Assembly: GCA_030824725.1 (NCBI GenBank)
Contig: JAPJRE010000001.1
Span: forward strand, 1 to 40,969
Direction: 5' to 3'
DNA: 40,969 nt
From: Sphingomonas sp.
Lineage (GTDB): Bacteria; Pseudomonadota; Alphaproteobacteria; Sphingomonadales; Sphingomonadaceae
Part shown: piece after piece, positions 19,126 to 27,709 of the stretch
How positions within the stretch are numbered: the first letter of the stretch is position 1
Layout: every line of letters begins with the position of its first letter
Position numbers and translations under genes: made by a program
The notes under the pieces: generated by a model
Seen by the model: the letters and a program-made list of their open reading frames with translations, nothing else
Databases searched by the model: none
What the model was told of the DNA's origin: nothing

Positions 19126-19941
19126 ATGCGGTTGCACCTGCACCTGCTCTCGGACTCCACCGGCGAGACCCTGGAAAACATCGCCAAGGCGGCGCTGGCG
19201 CAGTTCGACGATGTCGAGCCGCTGCGCCATTTCTGGCCGATGGTGCGCAGCGAGGTGCATCTGGAACGCATCCTGCAGGAGATCGCGCAGAACCCCGGGC
19301 TGGTGATCTACACATTGGTCAATCGCGACATCCGCCGCATGCTCGAGACGCGCTGCCGCGCGCTGGGGCTCCCGGCGATCGCGCCGCTCGACCAGGTGAG
19401 CCATGCGCTGTCCAATCTGCTCGGCCAGGAAGCCAAGGCGCGGCCGGGCCGCCAGCACATGCTCGATGCCGCCTATTTTGCCCGCGTCGACGCGATCCAG
19501 TTCACCATCGCGCATGACGACGGAATCGGCTGGGAGGATTGGGAAGAAAGCGACATCCTGCTCGCCGGCGTGTCGCGTTCGTCGAAGACGCCGACCTCGA
19601 TCTATCTCGCCAATCGCGGTTACAAGGTCTCGAACATACCGATCGTGGTCGAGTCCCCGCCCCCGTCCAAGCTGTTCCAGCTCCAGCGGCCGCTGATCGT
19701 CGGGCTCACCACCAGCGCCGACCGGCTGGTGCAGATCCGCCGCAACCGGCTGCTCTCGCTCAACCAGGCGCCCGAGACCGACTATGTCGACCAGGAAGCG
19801 GTGCAGCGCGAGATCGCCTTTGCCCGCCGGATGTTCGCCGACAACGGCTGGCCGGTGATCGACGTCACCCGTCGCTCGATCGAGGAGACCGCGGCCGCGA
19901 TCATCCAGTTGTGCAACGACCGTGAAATGGACCGCCGATAA
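19126..19941 (+). CDS. ppsR: Pyruvate,water/phosphate dikinase regulatory protein (kinase/pyrophosphorylase, DUF299)
   Basis: MRLHLHLLSDSTGET, FTIAHDDG, GVSRSSKTPTSIYLA and DVTRRSIEETA; start trimmed to ATG 19126. Confidence 0.93.
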   Translation: MRLHLHLLSDSTGETLENIAKAALAQFDDVEPLRHFWPMVRSEVHLERILQEIAQNPGLVIYTLVNRDIRRMLETRCRALGLPAIAPLDQVSHALSNLLGQEAKARPGRQHMLDAAYFARVDAIQFTIAHDDGIGWEDWEESDILLAGVSRSSKTPTSIYLANRGYKVSNIPIVVESPPPSKLFQLQRPLIVGLTTSADRLVQIRRNRLLSLNQAPETDYVDQEAVQREIAFARRMFADNGWPVIDVTRRSIEETAAAIIQLCNDREMDRR

Positions 19942-20540
19942 TGCCGACTCTCGTCCTTGCCTCCCAGAGCGCCTCGCGCCGGGCGATGCTCGATGCCGCA
20001 GGCGTGGCGCACGAGGCGCTGCCGGCGCTGGTCGATGAGGCCAGCGCGAAGCAATCGTTGCTCGCCGAGGGCACGAGCCCGCGCGATCTCGCCGATGCGC
20101 TCGCCGAGCTGAAGGCGCTCAAGGTGTCGCGCATGGCTCCACAGGCGCTGGTGCTGGGCGGCGACTCGCTGGTCGCGCTCGACGATGGCAGCCTGCTCGA
20201 CAAGCCGGAGAGCCGGGAGCAGGCGCGCGATCATCTCCAGCGCATGTCGGGCAAGACCCACGACATCTACAGCGCGGCGGTGATCGCCGAGGGCGGCCGC
20301 CCGGTGTGGCGGCATGTCGATCGCGCGCGGCTCCACGTCCGCCCGCTGAGCGAGGCGTTCATCGAATCCTATCTCGATCTGGAATGGCCGGCGATCGCCG
20401 GATGCGTCGGCTGCTTCCGAATCGAGGGCCCCGGCGTGCAGCTGTTCAGTCGCACCGAGGGCAGCCATTTCACCATCCTCGGCATGCCGCTGCTGCCGAT
20501 TCTCGATTATCTGCGCACCCGGGGAGTGATGCCCAAGTGA
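19941..20540 (+). CDS. maf: Maf family nucleoside triphosphate pyrophosphatase
   Basis: LVLASQSASRRAML, KA, D..V, KP, and GCFRIEG...ILGMPL. Confidence 0.93.
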   Translation: MPTLVLASQSASRRAMLDAAGVAHEALPALVDEASAKQSLLAEGTSPRDLADALAELKALKVSRMAPQALVLGGDSLVALDDGSLLDKPESREQARDHLQRMSGKTHDIYSAAVIAEGGRPVWRHVDRARLHVRPLSEAFIESYLDLEWPAIAGCVGCFRIEGPGVQLFSRTEGSHFTILGMPLLPILDYLRTRGVMPK

Positions 20541-21346
20541 CTCGCTATGCCGAGGTGATCGGCGATCCGATCGCCCATTCCAAATCGCCGCTCATCCACA
20601 AGTTCTGGCTCGATGCGCTGGGGATCGAGGGTGATTATCGCCGCACCCATGTGCTGGGCGACGACCTCGCCGGCTATTTCGCCCGCGCCAGGGACGACGC
20701 CGACTGGCGCGGCTGCAACGTCACGATTCCGCACAAGCTGGCGGTGATGGACCTGGTCGGCGATCCCGGCGGCGTGCGCAGCACGATCGGCGCGATGAAC
20801 ACGGTGATTCGTGGGGAGGACGGCGCGCTGATCGGCACCAACACCGACGCCGGCGGCTTCTTCTCGCCGATTGCCGGGCTGGAGCTGGAAGGCCGCCATG
20901 CGGTCGTGGTCGGCGCCGGCGGTGGGGCCCGCGCGGTGCTGTTCGCCTTGTCTCGTGTGGGTATCGGCCGGGTTACGATCCTCAACCGCAACGTGCTCAA
21001 GGCAGCCGCCCTGCTTTCCAGCTTCGGGGTGAGGGGCGATGCGCTGCCGATCGGCGCGCCCCTGCCCGCGGCCGATCTGCTGGTGAATGCCAGCCCGCTC
21101 GGCATGGACGGCCAGCCGCCGCTCGACCTGGATCTCGATCCGCTGCCCGAACATGCGGTGGTCTACGATATCGTCTATGCCCCGCTCGAGACGCCGCTGC
21201 TCGCCCAGGCGCGCGATCGCGAGCTCGATACCGTGGACGGCCTCGAGATGCTGGTCGGCCAGGCCGCGCTCGCCTTCGAGCTCTTCTTCGGCGCCGAACC
21301 CCCGCGCGACCGCGACGAGGAACTGCGCACGCTGCTCACCGCATGA
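20537..21346 (+). CDS. aroE: Shikimate dehydrogenase
   Basis: VIGDPIAHSKSPLIH, NVTIPHK, GAMNT, NTD, GAGGGARA and DGLEMLVGQA; GTG start overlaps the maf stop. Confidence 0.95.
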   Translation: MTRYAEVIGDPIAHSKSPLIHKFWLDALGIEGDYRRTHVLGDDLAGYFARARDDADWRGCNVTIPHKLAVMDLVGDPGGVRSTIGAMNTVIRGEDGALIGTNTDAGGFFSPIAGLELEGRHAVVVGAGGGARAVLFALSRVGIGRVTILNRNVLKAAALLSSFGVRGDALPIGAPLPAADLLVNASPLGMDGQPPLDLDLDPLPEHAVVYDIVYAPLETPLLAQARDRELDTVDGLEMLVGQAALAFELFFGAEPPRDRDEELRTLLTA

Positions 21347-21948
21347 GCAGGCGGCCGATCGTGCTCGGGCTCACCGGCTCGATCGGCATGGGCAAGTCGA
21401 CCGTCGCGGCGATGTTCGCCGCCGACGGCGTGCCGGTGTTCGACGCCGATGCGACCGTCCACCAGCTCCAGGGCCCGAGCGGCGCGGCGGTCGCGGCGAT
21501 CGAAGCCGAGTTTCCCGATACGACCACCGAGCTCGGCGTGAATCGCACGCTGCTGCGGGAGGCGGTGATGGCCGACCCCACCGCCTTCGCCCGACTCGAG
21601 GCGATCCTGCACCCCGCCGTCGCCGAGGCGCGCGAGTCGTTCCTGGCCGCGCACGCCGATGCGCCGCTGGTCGTTCTTGACGTACCATTGCTGTTCGAGG
21701 CCGGCGGCTGGCGACATGTCGACAAGATCGCCGTCGTCTCCGCCTCCCCGGCGATTCAGCGCGAACGTGTCCTCGTCCGTCCCGGCATGACCGCGGAACG
21801 CTTCGACGCCATCCTCGCGCGGCAAATGCCGGACGCGGAGAAGCGCGCCCGCGCCGATTTCGTCATCCCCACGGGCGAAGGCCTGCAGGTTACGGAAGAT
21901 TGCGTACGGAACGTCATCGCTTGCCTCGCGCCGCCTGCGGGTGGATAA
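21343..21948 (+). CDS. coaE: Dephospho-CoA kinase
   Basis: LGLTGSIGMGKST, FDAD, LEAILHP and DVPLLFE. Confidence 0.95.
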   Translation: MSRRPIVLGLTGSIGMGKSTVAAMFAADGVPVFDADATVHQLQGPSGAAVAAIEAEFPDTTTELGVNRTLLREAVMADPTAFARLEAILHPAVAEARESFLAAHADAPLVVLDVPLLFEAGGWRHVDKIAVVSASPAIQRERVLVRPGMTAERFDAILARQMPDAEKRARADFVIPTGEGLQVTEDCVRNVIACLAPPAGG

Positions 21949-21955
21949 GCGCTCC

Positions 21956-22666
21956 ATGCGGGAAATCGTGTTTGACACCGAAACGACGGGACTCAGCTTC
22001 TCAGGCGGCGACCGCCTCGTCGAAATCGGCTGTGTCGAGCTGGTGAACCGGGTTGCCACCGGCAACCACTTCCACGCCTATATCAATCCGCAGCGCGCCA
22101 TGCCGGTGGAGGCGTTCAACGTCCACGGCCTGTCCGAGCGATTTCTTTCCGACAAGCCGGTGTTCGAGGATGTCGTCGAGGATCTGCTGGCGTTTATCGG
22201 CGACTCGCCGATGGTGGCGCACAATGCCGGGTTCGACTTCAGCTTCCTCAACGGCGAGCTCGGCCGCTGCAGCCGTCCCATCATCGACCTCAGTCGCATG
22301 GTCGACACGCTGGTGCTCGCGCGCACCCGGCATCCCGGTGCCAAGCACACGCTCGACGCGCTGTGCAGCCGCTACGGCATCGATCTCAGCGCGCGTACCC
22401 TGCACGGCGCGCTGCTCGACGCGCAGCTGCTGGCCCAGGTCTATGTCGAGCTGACCGGCGGCCGCCAGATCACGCTGGGCCTGGCGGAAGAAGTCCCGGT
22501 GATGCCCGAGACCGTCGTGGAGACGCCGAGCAGGGTACATATCCGGCCAGCGCGGCGGTTCACCGCGAGTGCGGTGGAACTTGAACGGCACGCAGCGTTT
22601 CTGAAGTCCCTGGACGAGCCGCTATGGGGTGTTCCCACAATCGACCCGGTTCCGGCGCAGCCCTAG
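21956..22666 (+). CDS. dnaQ: DNA polymerase III subunit epsilon
   Basis: MREIVFDTETTG, AHNAGFD and HGALLDA (DEDDh); clamp-binding-like GGRQITLGL. Confidence 0.95.
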   Translation: MREIVFDTETTGLSFSGGDRLVEIGCVELVNRVATGNHFHAYINPQRAMPVEAFNVHGLSERFLSDKPVFEDVVEDLLAFIGDSPMVAHNAGFDFSFLNGELGRCSRPIIDLSRMVDTLVLARTRHPGAKHTLDALCSRYGIDLSARTLHGALLDAQLLAQVYVELTGGRQITLGLAEEVPVMPETVVETPSRVHIRPARRFTASAVELERHAAFLKSLDEPLWGVPTIDPVPAQP

Positions 22667-22701
22667 GTCGCTCGTCCCTAATTGCGAAGTGGAGGTACAT
22701 T

Positions 22702-23301
22702 ATGGATATCCGGATCTCGGGGCATCAGGTCGATACGGGCGCAGCGCTCAAGACGCAGGTGACGGATCGGGTCCAGGGTATCGCCGACAAATATTTCTCC
22801 CGAGCCATCTCCTCGCAGATCACCTTCGGCAAGGGCCCGCACGACAACGGCTTCACCTGCGACATCGTGATGCACGTGACGCAAGGCCTGGTGCTCAAGG
22901 CGACCAACAGCGGCATGGAAGCGCATGGCGCATTCGACGGCGCGGCGGACCGGATCGACAAGCAGCTGCGACGCTATGTCCGACGCCTCAAGGATCGACG
23001 TCCGACCGAAGTGATCGCGCTGGCCGAGGGCGGCGCCTATGACAATGGTTTCGACAATGCCGGCTATACCCTGTTCCAGGAACCGGCTGCCGAGGAAGAA
23101 GTCGCCGATGCACCGCTGGTGATCGCGGAAACCCGCGTCGACGTGCCGGACGCCACGGTTTCGGACGCGGTGATGATGCTCGACTTGCGCAATACCAACG
23201 CATTGCTGTTCCGCAACAGCGGCACGGGCGCCTATAATATGGTCTATCGCCGTGGCGACGGAACGATTGGCTGGGTTGAGCCCAACCGCGCACCGGCGTA
23301 A
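22702..23301 (+). CDS. hpf: Ribosome hibernation promoting factor (long HPF)
   Basis: GGAGG SD; MDIRISGHQVDTG, KQLRRY and C-terminal NMVYRRGDGTIGWVEP. Confidence 0.93.
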   Translation: MDIRISGHQVDTGAALKTQVTDRVQGIADKYFSRAISSQITFGKGPHDNGFTCDIVMHVTQGLVLKATNSGMEAHGAFDGAADRIDKQLRRYVRRLKDRRPTEVIALAEGGAYDNGFDNAGYTLFQEPAAEEEVADAPLVIAETRVDVPDATVSDAVMMLDLRNTNALLFRNSGTGAYNMVYRRGDGTIGWVEPNRAPA

Positions 23302-23345
23302 GGCCGGCCTGCCCGACGGGCAGCACCGCTTCTTTGGAACGATTC

Positions 23346-23813
23346 ATGACTGATCTGAGCGATTTGCTCGTGCCGGAGGCGGTGCTCGCCGGCGTGACGG
23401 CGGGTAACAAGAAGGCGCTGTTCCAGCAGCTTGGTGCCAGTGCGGCGGCGACCTACGGGGTCGACGCCAAGCTGGTGGCCGAGCGGCTGGCCGAGCGCGA
23501 GCGGCTGGGCTCGACCGGCTTCGGCGGCGGCATTGCGATCCCGCATGCCCGGCTCGACGACTTGCCGCGCGTGTGCGGCCTATTCGCCCGGCTGGAGCAG
23601 CCGCTCGATTTCGGCGCGGTCGACGAGCTGCCGGTGGACCTGGTGTTCATGCTGCTCTCGCCGACCAATGCCGGCGCCGAGCATCTGAAGGCGCTCGCCT
23701 CGGTATCGCGGCGGCTGCGCGAGCGGCCCTTTGCCGAGAAGCTGCGCGGCGCGGGTTCGAAGGACGCGCTTTACGTGCTGCTCACCGGAGTCGAGGCGCG
23801 TGACGCCGCCTGA
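23346..23813 (+). CDS. ptsN: PTS EIIA-Ntr
   Basis: RERLGSTGFGGGIAIPHAR, PVDLVFMLLSP and HLKALA. Confidence 0.92.
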   Translation: MTDLSDLLVPEAVLAGVTAGNKKALFQQLGASAAATYGVDAKLVAERLAERERLGSTGFGGGIAIPHARLDDLPRVCGLFARLEQPLDFGAVDELPVDLVFMLLSPTNAGAEHLKALASVSRRLRERPFAEKLRGAGSKDALYVLLTGVEARDAA

Positions 23814-24267
23814 ATCGGCGCCGACCGGGGCCCAGGCGCATTACCGGGCGCTCGAATCGCTCTACGCCGCCGCCCCGATCAACCAGCTCTTCCCCTCGGT
23901 GCTCGAGATTCCCGAGGCGGGAATCGCGCGGATCCGCTTCGACGTGGACTCGCGCTATTTCCACGCCGCCGGGGCGACGCACGGCACCAGCTACTTCAAG
24001 ATGCTCGACGATGCCGCCTTCTATGCGGCGAACAGCCTGGTCACCGATCGCTTCCTGCTCACCACCGCCTTCAACCTGCTGCTGACCAGGCCGCTGCCTG
24101 AAGGGCCGGTGATCGCCGAGGGCCGCTGGGTGAGCGGCCAGCGCCGGGTGTTCGTCGCCGAGGCGCGGCTGATCGACGCGCAGGGCGAGGAAGCCGCGCG
24201 GGGCACAGGCACCTTCATGCGCTCGCGGATCGCGCTCGCCACCCTGCCCGGCTACCGCACCGCATGA
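23800..24267 (+). CDS. PaaI family thioesterase
   Basis: FHAAGATHGTSYFKMLDDAAFYAA hot-dog fold motif; GTG start at 23800. Confidence 0.85.
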   Translation: MTPPESAPTGAQAHYRALESLYAAAPINQLFPSVLEIPEAGIARIRFDVDSRYFHAAGATHGTSYFKMLDDAAFYAANSLVTDRFLLTTAFNLLLTRPLPEGPVIAEGRWVSGQRRVFVAEARLIDAQGEEAARGTGTFMRSRIALATLPGYRTA

Positions 24268-24605
24268 CCCCGCGCCTGACCAGCGCGATGCTGGTGAGCG
24301 CGCTCGTGCGGCGGGCCGATGCCGCCGGCGGATCGGCGATGGTGCTGGCCAGGGGCGACGCGACTTCGGGTGCGATCCTGCTGCTTCTCCTCGAGCGCGG
24401 CGCCAACCCGCGCTTCGTTGAAGGGGGGATCGGGCCCCATGGCGAACGTGCCCTGCTCCCCTCCGGCCCCAAGGCGCTGGCGGACGAGGCGGAGGCGAGC
24501 GCCTATTGGCGACGGCGGCGGGAGCGCGACGGCGATCTATGGGTCGTTGAACTGGATATCGCAGGCGGCGAACGGTTCGCCGCTGAAACGATGAACCTTT
24601 GTTGA
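24264..24605 (+). CDS. DUF1491 family protein
   Basis: RLTSAMLVSALVRR, RGDATSGAI and RRRERDGDLWVVELD; ATGA overlap. Confidence 0.85.
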   Translation: MTPRLTSAMLVSALVRRADAAGGSAMVLARGDATSGAILLLLLERGANPRFVEGGIGPHGERALLPSGPKALADEAEASAYWRRRRERDGDLWVVELDIAGGERFAAETMNLC

Positions 24606-24650
24606 CAGTCCCGCCCTCGCCCGCGAAAGGGTTCACCACGTTCATTCGCG

Positions 24651-24754
24651 TTGTGCCGTTCGGGGTGTGAAGTCGATCGGTTACGCAGTCGGGGGGTAAG
24701 TCCGACGGTCCAGTCTCCTCCGGAGCAGCGACCGATCGCACGCCAACCGCACAA
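24651..24754 (+). ncRNA. Candidate structured cis-regulatory RNA in the cell wall hydrolase leader (family not recognised)
   Basis: Nested pairings 24651-24660/24745-24754, 24664-24669/24739-24744, 24674-24682/24730-24738, 24688-24693/24701-24706 and 24715-24718/24722-24725. Confidence 0.55.
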
Positions 24755-24766
24755 TACAGATTTGAA

Positions 24767-25417
24767 ATGAAGTTTCTGCCACGGGCTGCGACTTTCGCAG
24801 CTGTGACTTTTTGCGCTGGCGCACTTGCGAATGCAGCCACGCTCAACCTGAGCCCGCTCCCGCAGCAGGAAGCGAAGACTCAGGCGACGGTGCAGCCCGC
24901 ACCGGCACAGGTTTCCAACGTCCTTGCTTCCCAGCAGGTTCCCGCGCCCCAGGCCGCGGTCGAGCAGCAGGGGGCCGATGCCGAGGACGATGCTCCCGAA
25001 TATGCCACCCTATCCGACGCGGTCGCCGCGCAGGAAGACATCGCCGCGCTCGAAGAGGATCGCGAGCTCCGCTGCCTCGCCACCGGCGTCTATTTCGAAG
25101 CCCGCAGCGAGCCGCTGTCGGGCCAGCTCGCGGTCGCCGACGTGATCCTCAACCGCAGCACCTCGGGCCGCTTTCCCGGTTCGGTCTGCTCGGTGGTGAC
25201 CCAGAAGGGCCAGTTCTCGTTCGTCCGCAAGGGCAAGCTGCCGACCCCCCCGGCCAACGCCCAGTGGCGCCGTGCGCTCGCCGTGGCACAGGTCGCCCGC
25301 AAGAATCTGTGGGAAAGCCCGGCCGGCGACGCGCTCTATTTCCATGCGCGCTACGTCAACGGCGCACAGGGCCGCGCCTCGGTCGCGACCGTGGGGAACC
25401 ACATCTTCTATCGCTGA
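24767..25417 (+). CDS. Cell wall hydrolase (SleB/Hydrolase_2 family)
   Basis: Signal peptide, Q/A/P-rich linker, CLATGVYFEARSEP, GQLAVA, CSVVTQKGQFSF, ALYFHA and GNHIFY. Confidence 0.92.
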   Translation: MKFLPRAATFAAVTFCAGALANAATLNLSPLPQQEAKTQATVQPAPAQVSNVLASQQVPAPQAAVEQQGADAEDDAPEYATLSDAVAAQEDIAALEEDRELRCLATGVYFEARSEPLSGQLAVADVILNRSTSGRFPGSVCSVVTQKGQFSFVRKGKLPTPPANAQWRRALAVAQVARKNLWESPAGDALYFHARYVNGAQGRASVATVGNHIFYR

Positions 25418-25440
25418 TCGGGAGTCTCCCGCTCGCGCTT

Positions 25441-25472
25441 GAAAAGCCGCCGAAGCGATTCGGCGGCTTTTC
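25441..25472. terminator. Intrinsic terminator after the cell wall hydrolase (symmetric)
   Basis: GAAAAGCCGCCGAA-gcga-TTCGGCGGCTTTTC, a perfect 14-bp stem. Confidence 0.88.
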
Positions 25473-25475
25473 TGT

Positions 25476-25490
25476 GTTCGTGGAATGTTC
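25476..25490 (+). promoter_or_regulatory. Alphaproteobacterial LexA (SOS) box
   Basis: GTTC-gtggaat-GTTC (GTTC-N7-GTTC) 12 bp before the mmcB ATG; a third GTTC at 25494-25497. Confidence 0.85.
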
Positions 25491-25502
25491 TATGTTCCGG
25501 CA

Positions 25503-26000
25503 ATGAACGCGCTCACGCCCCTGCCCCCTGCCCTGACCCCCGAAGCCGAAGCGCTGGTCGCTGCCGACGTCGTGCGCGGCGTGTGCCGGATGCTGCTGCG
25601 CCACGATTGCGTGGCGATCGGCGAAGTGCCGCTGGAGGGCGGTCGGCGGGTCGACCTGATGGCGCTGGATGCACGCGGCAACATCGTGATCGTCGAGATC
25701 AAGGTGTCGCGCGCCGACCTGCTCGGCGATGCGAAATGGCCGGAATATCTCGACCATTGCGATCGCTTCTTCTGGGCGGTGCCGCAGGGGTTCGACCTGC
25801 GCCCGCTCGACCAGCCGCATTTCCTGCCCGAGCGCACAGGGCTGATCGTCGCCGATCGCTATGATGCGGCGGTGGCGCGCGAGGCGGCGACGGTGCCGCT
25901 GGCGGCGGCCGCCCGCCGCAAGGCCACGCTCGCCTTCGCCCGCCGCGCGGGACGAAGGCTGTTGGGGATTCTCGATCCCGACGTCGCCGACGGGTTCTGA
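25503..26000 (+). CDS. mmcB: MmcB family DNA repair protein (PD-(D/E)XK fold)
   Basis: RGVCRML, EVPLEGGRRVDL, IVEIKVSRADLLGDAKWPEYLDHCDRFFWAV; upstream SOS box. Confidence 0.9.
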   Translation: MNALTPLPPALTPEAEALVAADVVRGVCRMLLRHDCVAIGEVPLEGGRRVDLMALDARGNIVIVEIKVSRADLLGDAKWPEYLDHCDRFFWAVPQGFDLRPLDQPHFLPERTGLIVADRYDAAVAREAATVPLAAAARRKATLAFARRAGRRLLGILDPDVADGF

Positions 26001-26007
26001 GCGCGGG

Positions 26008-26625
26008 TTAGAGCTTGGGGCCTGCCGCAGCGGCGGCGCGGCCGACCTTGGGGGCGTCGGCGAGCAGCTTGCCGATCGAGGGGTAGCGCGTTTCGCGCTT
26101 GGCATATTCGCGCGCCGAAAGGCCGCCGCCGAAATCGGCGCGATCGGGATCGGCACCGGCTTCCAGCAGCTTCTTCACCACTTCGGCGTCGTGCGCGAGC
26201 ACCGCGCGGATCAGCGGGGTGACGCCGCCATTGTTCGCCAGGTTGACATTCGCCTTCTTGGCGAGCAGCGCGTCGACGCCCGGCGTCCAGCCGAGTCCGG
26301 CGGCGAAGATCAGCGGCGTGTTGCCGTCGCGATCCTGGATGTTCACGTTGATGCCAGGCTGGTTGATCAGCACGGTGAGGTAGGTCGGGTCCTGCCGCTT
26401 GACGACGATGTGCAGCGCCGCCTCGCCGCTGCCATACGGATCCTTCACATTCACCATCGAGACGGCCTTGTCCCTCAGGAACTCGTTGACCTTGTTCCCG
26501 TCCTGCTTACGGATCGCGTCGAGGAACTGGATGCTCTCGCGCGGCTGGCCCATGCCCTGGGCGAGCGCCGGAAGCGGCAGGAGGAGAAGCGCCGCGGCGG
26601 CGGCAGAGGCGAGACGGAACGTCAT
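26008..26625 (-). CDS. Secreted ankyrin repeat protein
   Basis: Signal peptide ending ALA-Q; repeats GEAALHIV, GNTPLIFAA and GVTPLIRAV...LLEAGADPD. Confidence 0.88.
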   Translation of the reverse strand: MTFRLASAAAAALLLLPLPALAQGMGQPRESIQFLDAIRKQDGNKVNEFLRDKAVSMVNVKDPYGSGEAALHIVVKRQDPTYLTVLINQPGINVNIQDRDGNTPLIFAAGLGWTPGVDALLAKKANVNLANNGGVTPLIRAVLAHDAEVVKKLLEAGADPDRADFGGGLSAREYAKRETRYPSIGKLLADAPKVGRAAAAAGPKL

Positions 26626-26696
26626 TGCTGGATCGGTACCTTCGATACTGGCGACGGATGCGGCGACCCTCCTAGCAAAGACTGGTGGTGGTTACC

Positions 26697-27278
26697 ATGA
26701 ACTGGATGTTTCGCACGCTGATACCTTTCGCAATGCTGGCGCTTTCGGGCTGCGGGGCGGGCGGCGCCAGCGAGCCGCCGCTGGCAGGTGCGCGGATCGG
26801 CGGGCCGTTCACGCTGATCGATCAGAACGGCAAGACGGTCACCGATGCCGCCTTCGCGGGCAAATACCGCATCGTCTATTTCGGCTACACCTATTGCCCG
26901 GACGTGTGCCCGACCGACCTGACCAAGATCGGCGCGGCGCTACGCACGCTGGACAAGCAGGCGCCGCGCACCGCGCAGAAAATCGTGCCGCTGTTCATCA
27001 CGGTCGATCCCGAGCGCGACACGCCGGCGCAGCTCAAGCAATATGTCGGCAATTTCCATCATAGGCTGGTGGGCCTCACCGGCAAGCCGCAAGCGATCGC
27101 GCAGGTGGCAAAGACCTATGCCGTCGCCTATATGAAGCAGCCTACGCCATCGGGCTATCTGATGGGTCACACGGAGGTGGCCTATCTGATGGGGCCGGAC
27201 GGCAAGCCGATCACCAGCCTGCCGCTGGAAAAGGATCCCAAGGCGATCGTCGCCGAGCTTGAGCATTGGGTGCGTTGA
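26697..27278 (+). CDS. SCO family copper chaperone (lipoprotein)
   Basis: Lipobox LSGC, IGGPFTL, FGYTYCPDVCP, ITVDPERDT and a conserved His. Confidence 0.93.
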   Translation: MNWMFRTLIPFAMLALSGCGAGGASEPPLAGARIGGPFTLIDQNGKTVTDAAFAGKYRIVYFGYTYCPDVCPTDLTKIGAALRTLDKQAPRTAQKIVPLFITVDPERDTPAQLKQYVGNFHHRLVGLTGKPQAIAQVAKTYAVAYMKQPTPSGYLMGHTEVAYLMGPDGKPITSLPLEKDPKAIVAELEHWVR

Positions 27279-27709
27279 CCATCAGATTCTGGGAAGATCT
27301 GCCTTTGGAGGCCCTGGACCGCGCGCAGTGGGAAGCCCTGTGCGACGGCTGCGGCAAATGCTGCCTGCACAAGCTCGAGGACGAGGAGACCGGCGAGCTG
27401 TTCGCGACCAACGTCGCCTGCAAGCTGCTCGATCGCCGCATGGGGCTGTGCAAGGATTACAAGCACCGCCGCGCCTATGTGCCCGAATGCGTGCGGCTGA
27501 CGACGCGCAACGTCCGCGACATCGAGTGGCTGCCCACCACCTGCGCCTATCGCCTGCGCGCCAATGGCGAGAAGCTCCCCGACTGGCACTATCTCGTCTC
27601 GGGCGACCGCGAGGCCGTGCACCAGGCGGGGGAATCGACCCGGGGCTGGACCATCTCCGAGGACGATGCAGGGGATCTCGAACACCACATGACGGACCGC
27701 CGCCTTTGA
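27275..27709 (+). CDS. YcgN family cysteine-cluster protein
   Basis: WEALCDGCGKCCLHKL, TNVAC, C..Y..R..VPEC and WLPTTCAYR; TTGA overlap with SCO. Confidence 0.92.
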   Translation: MTIRFWEDLPLEALDRAQWEALCDGCGKCCLHKLEDEETGELFATNVACKLLDRRMGLCKDYKHRRAYVPECVRLTTRNVRDIEWLPTTCAYRLRANGEKLPDWHYLVSGDREAVHQAGESTRGWTISEDDAGDLEHHMTDRRL

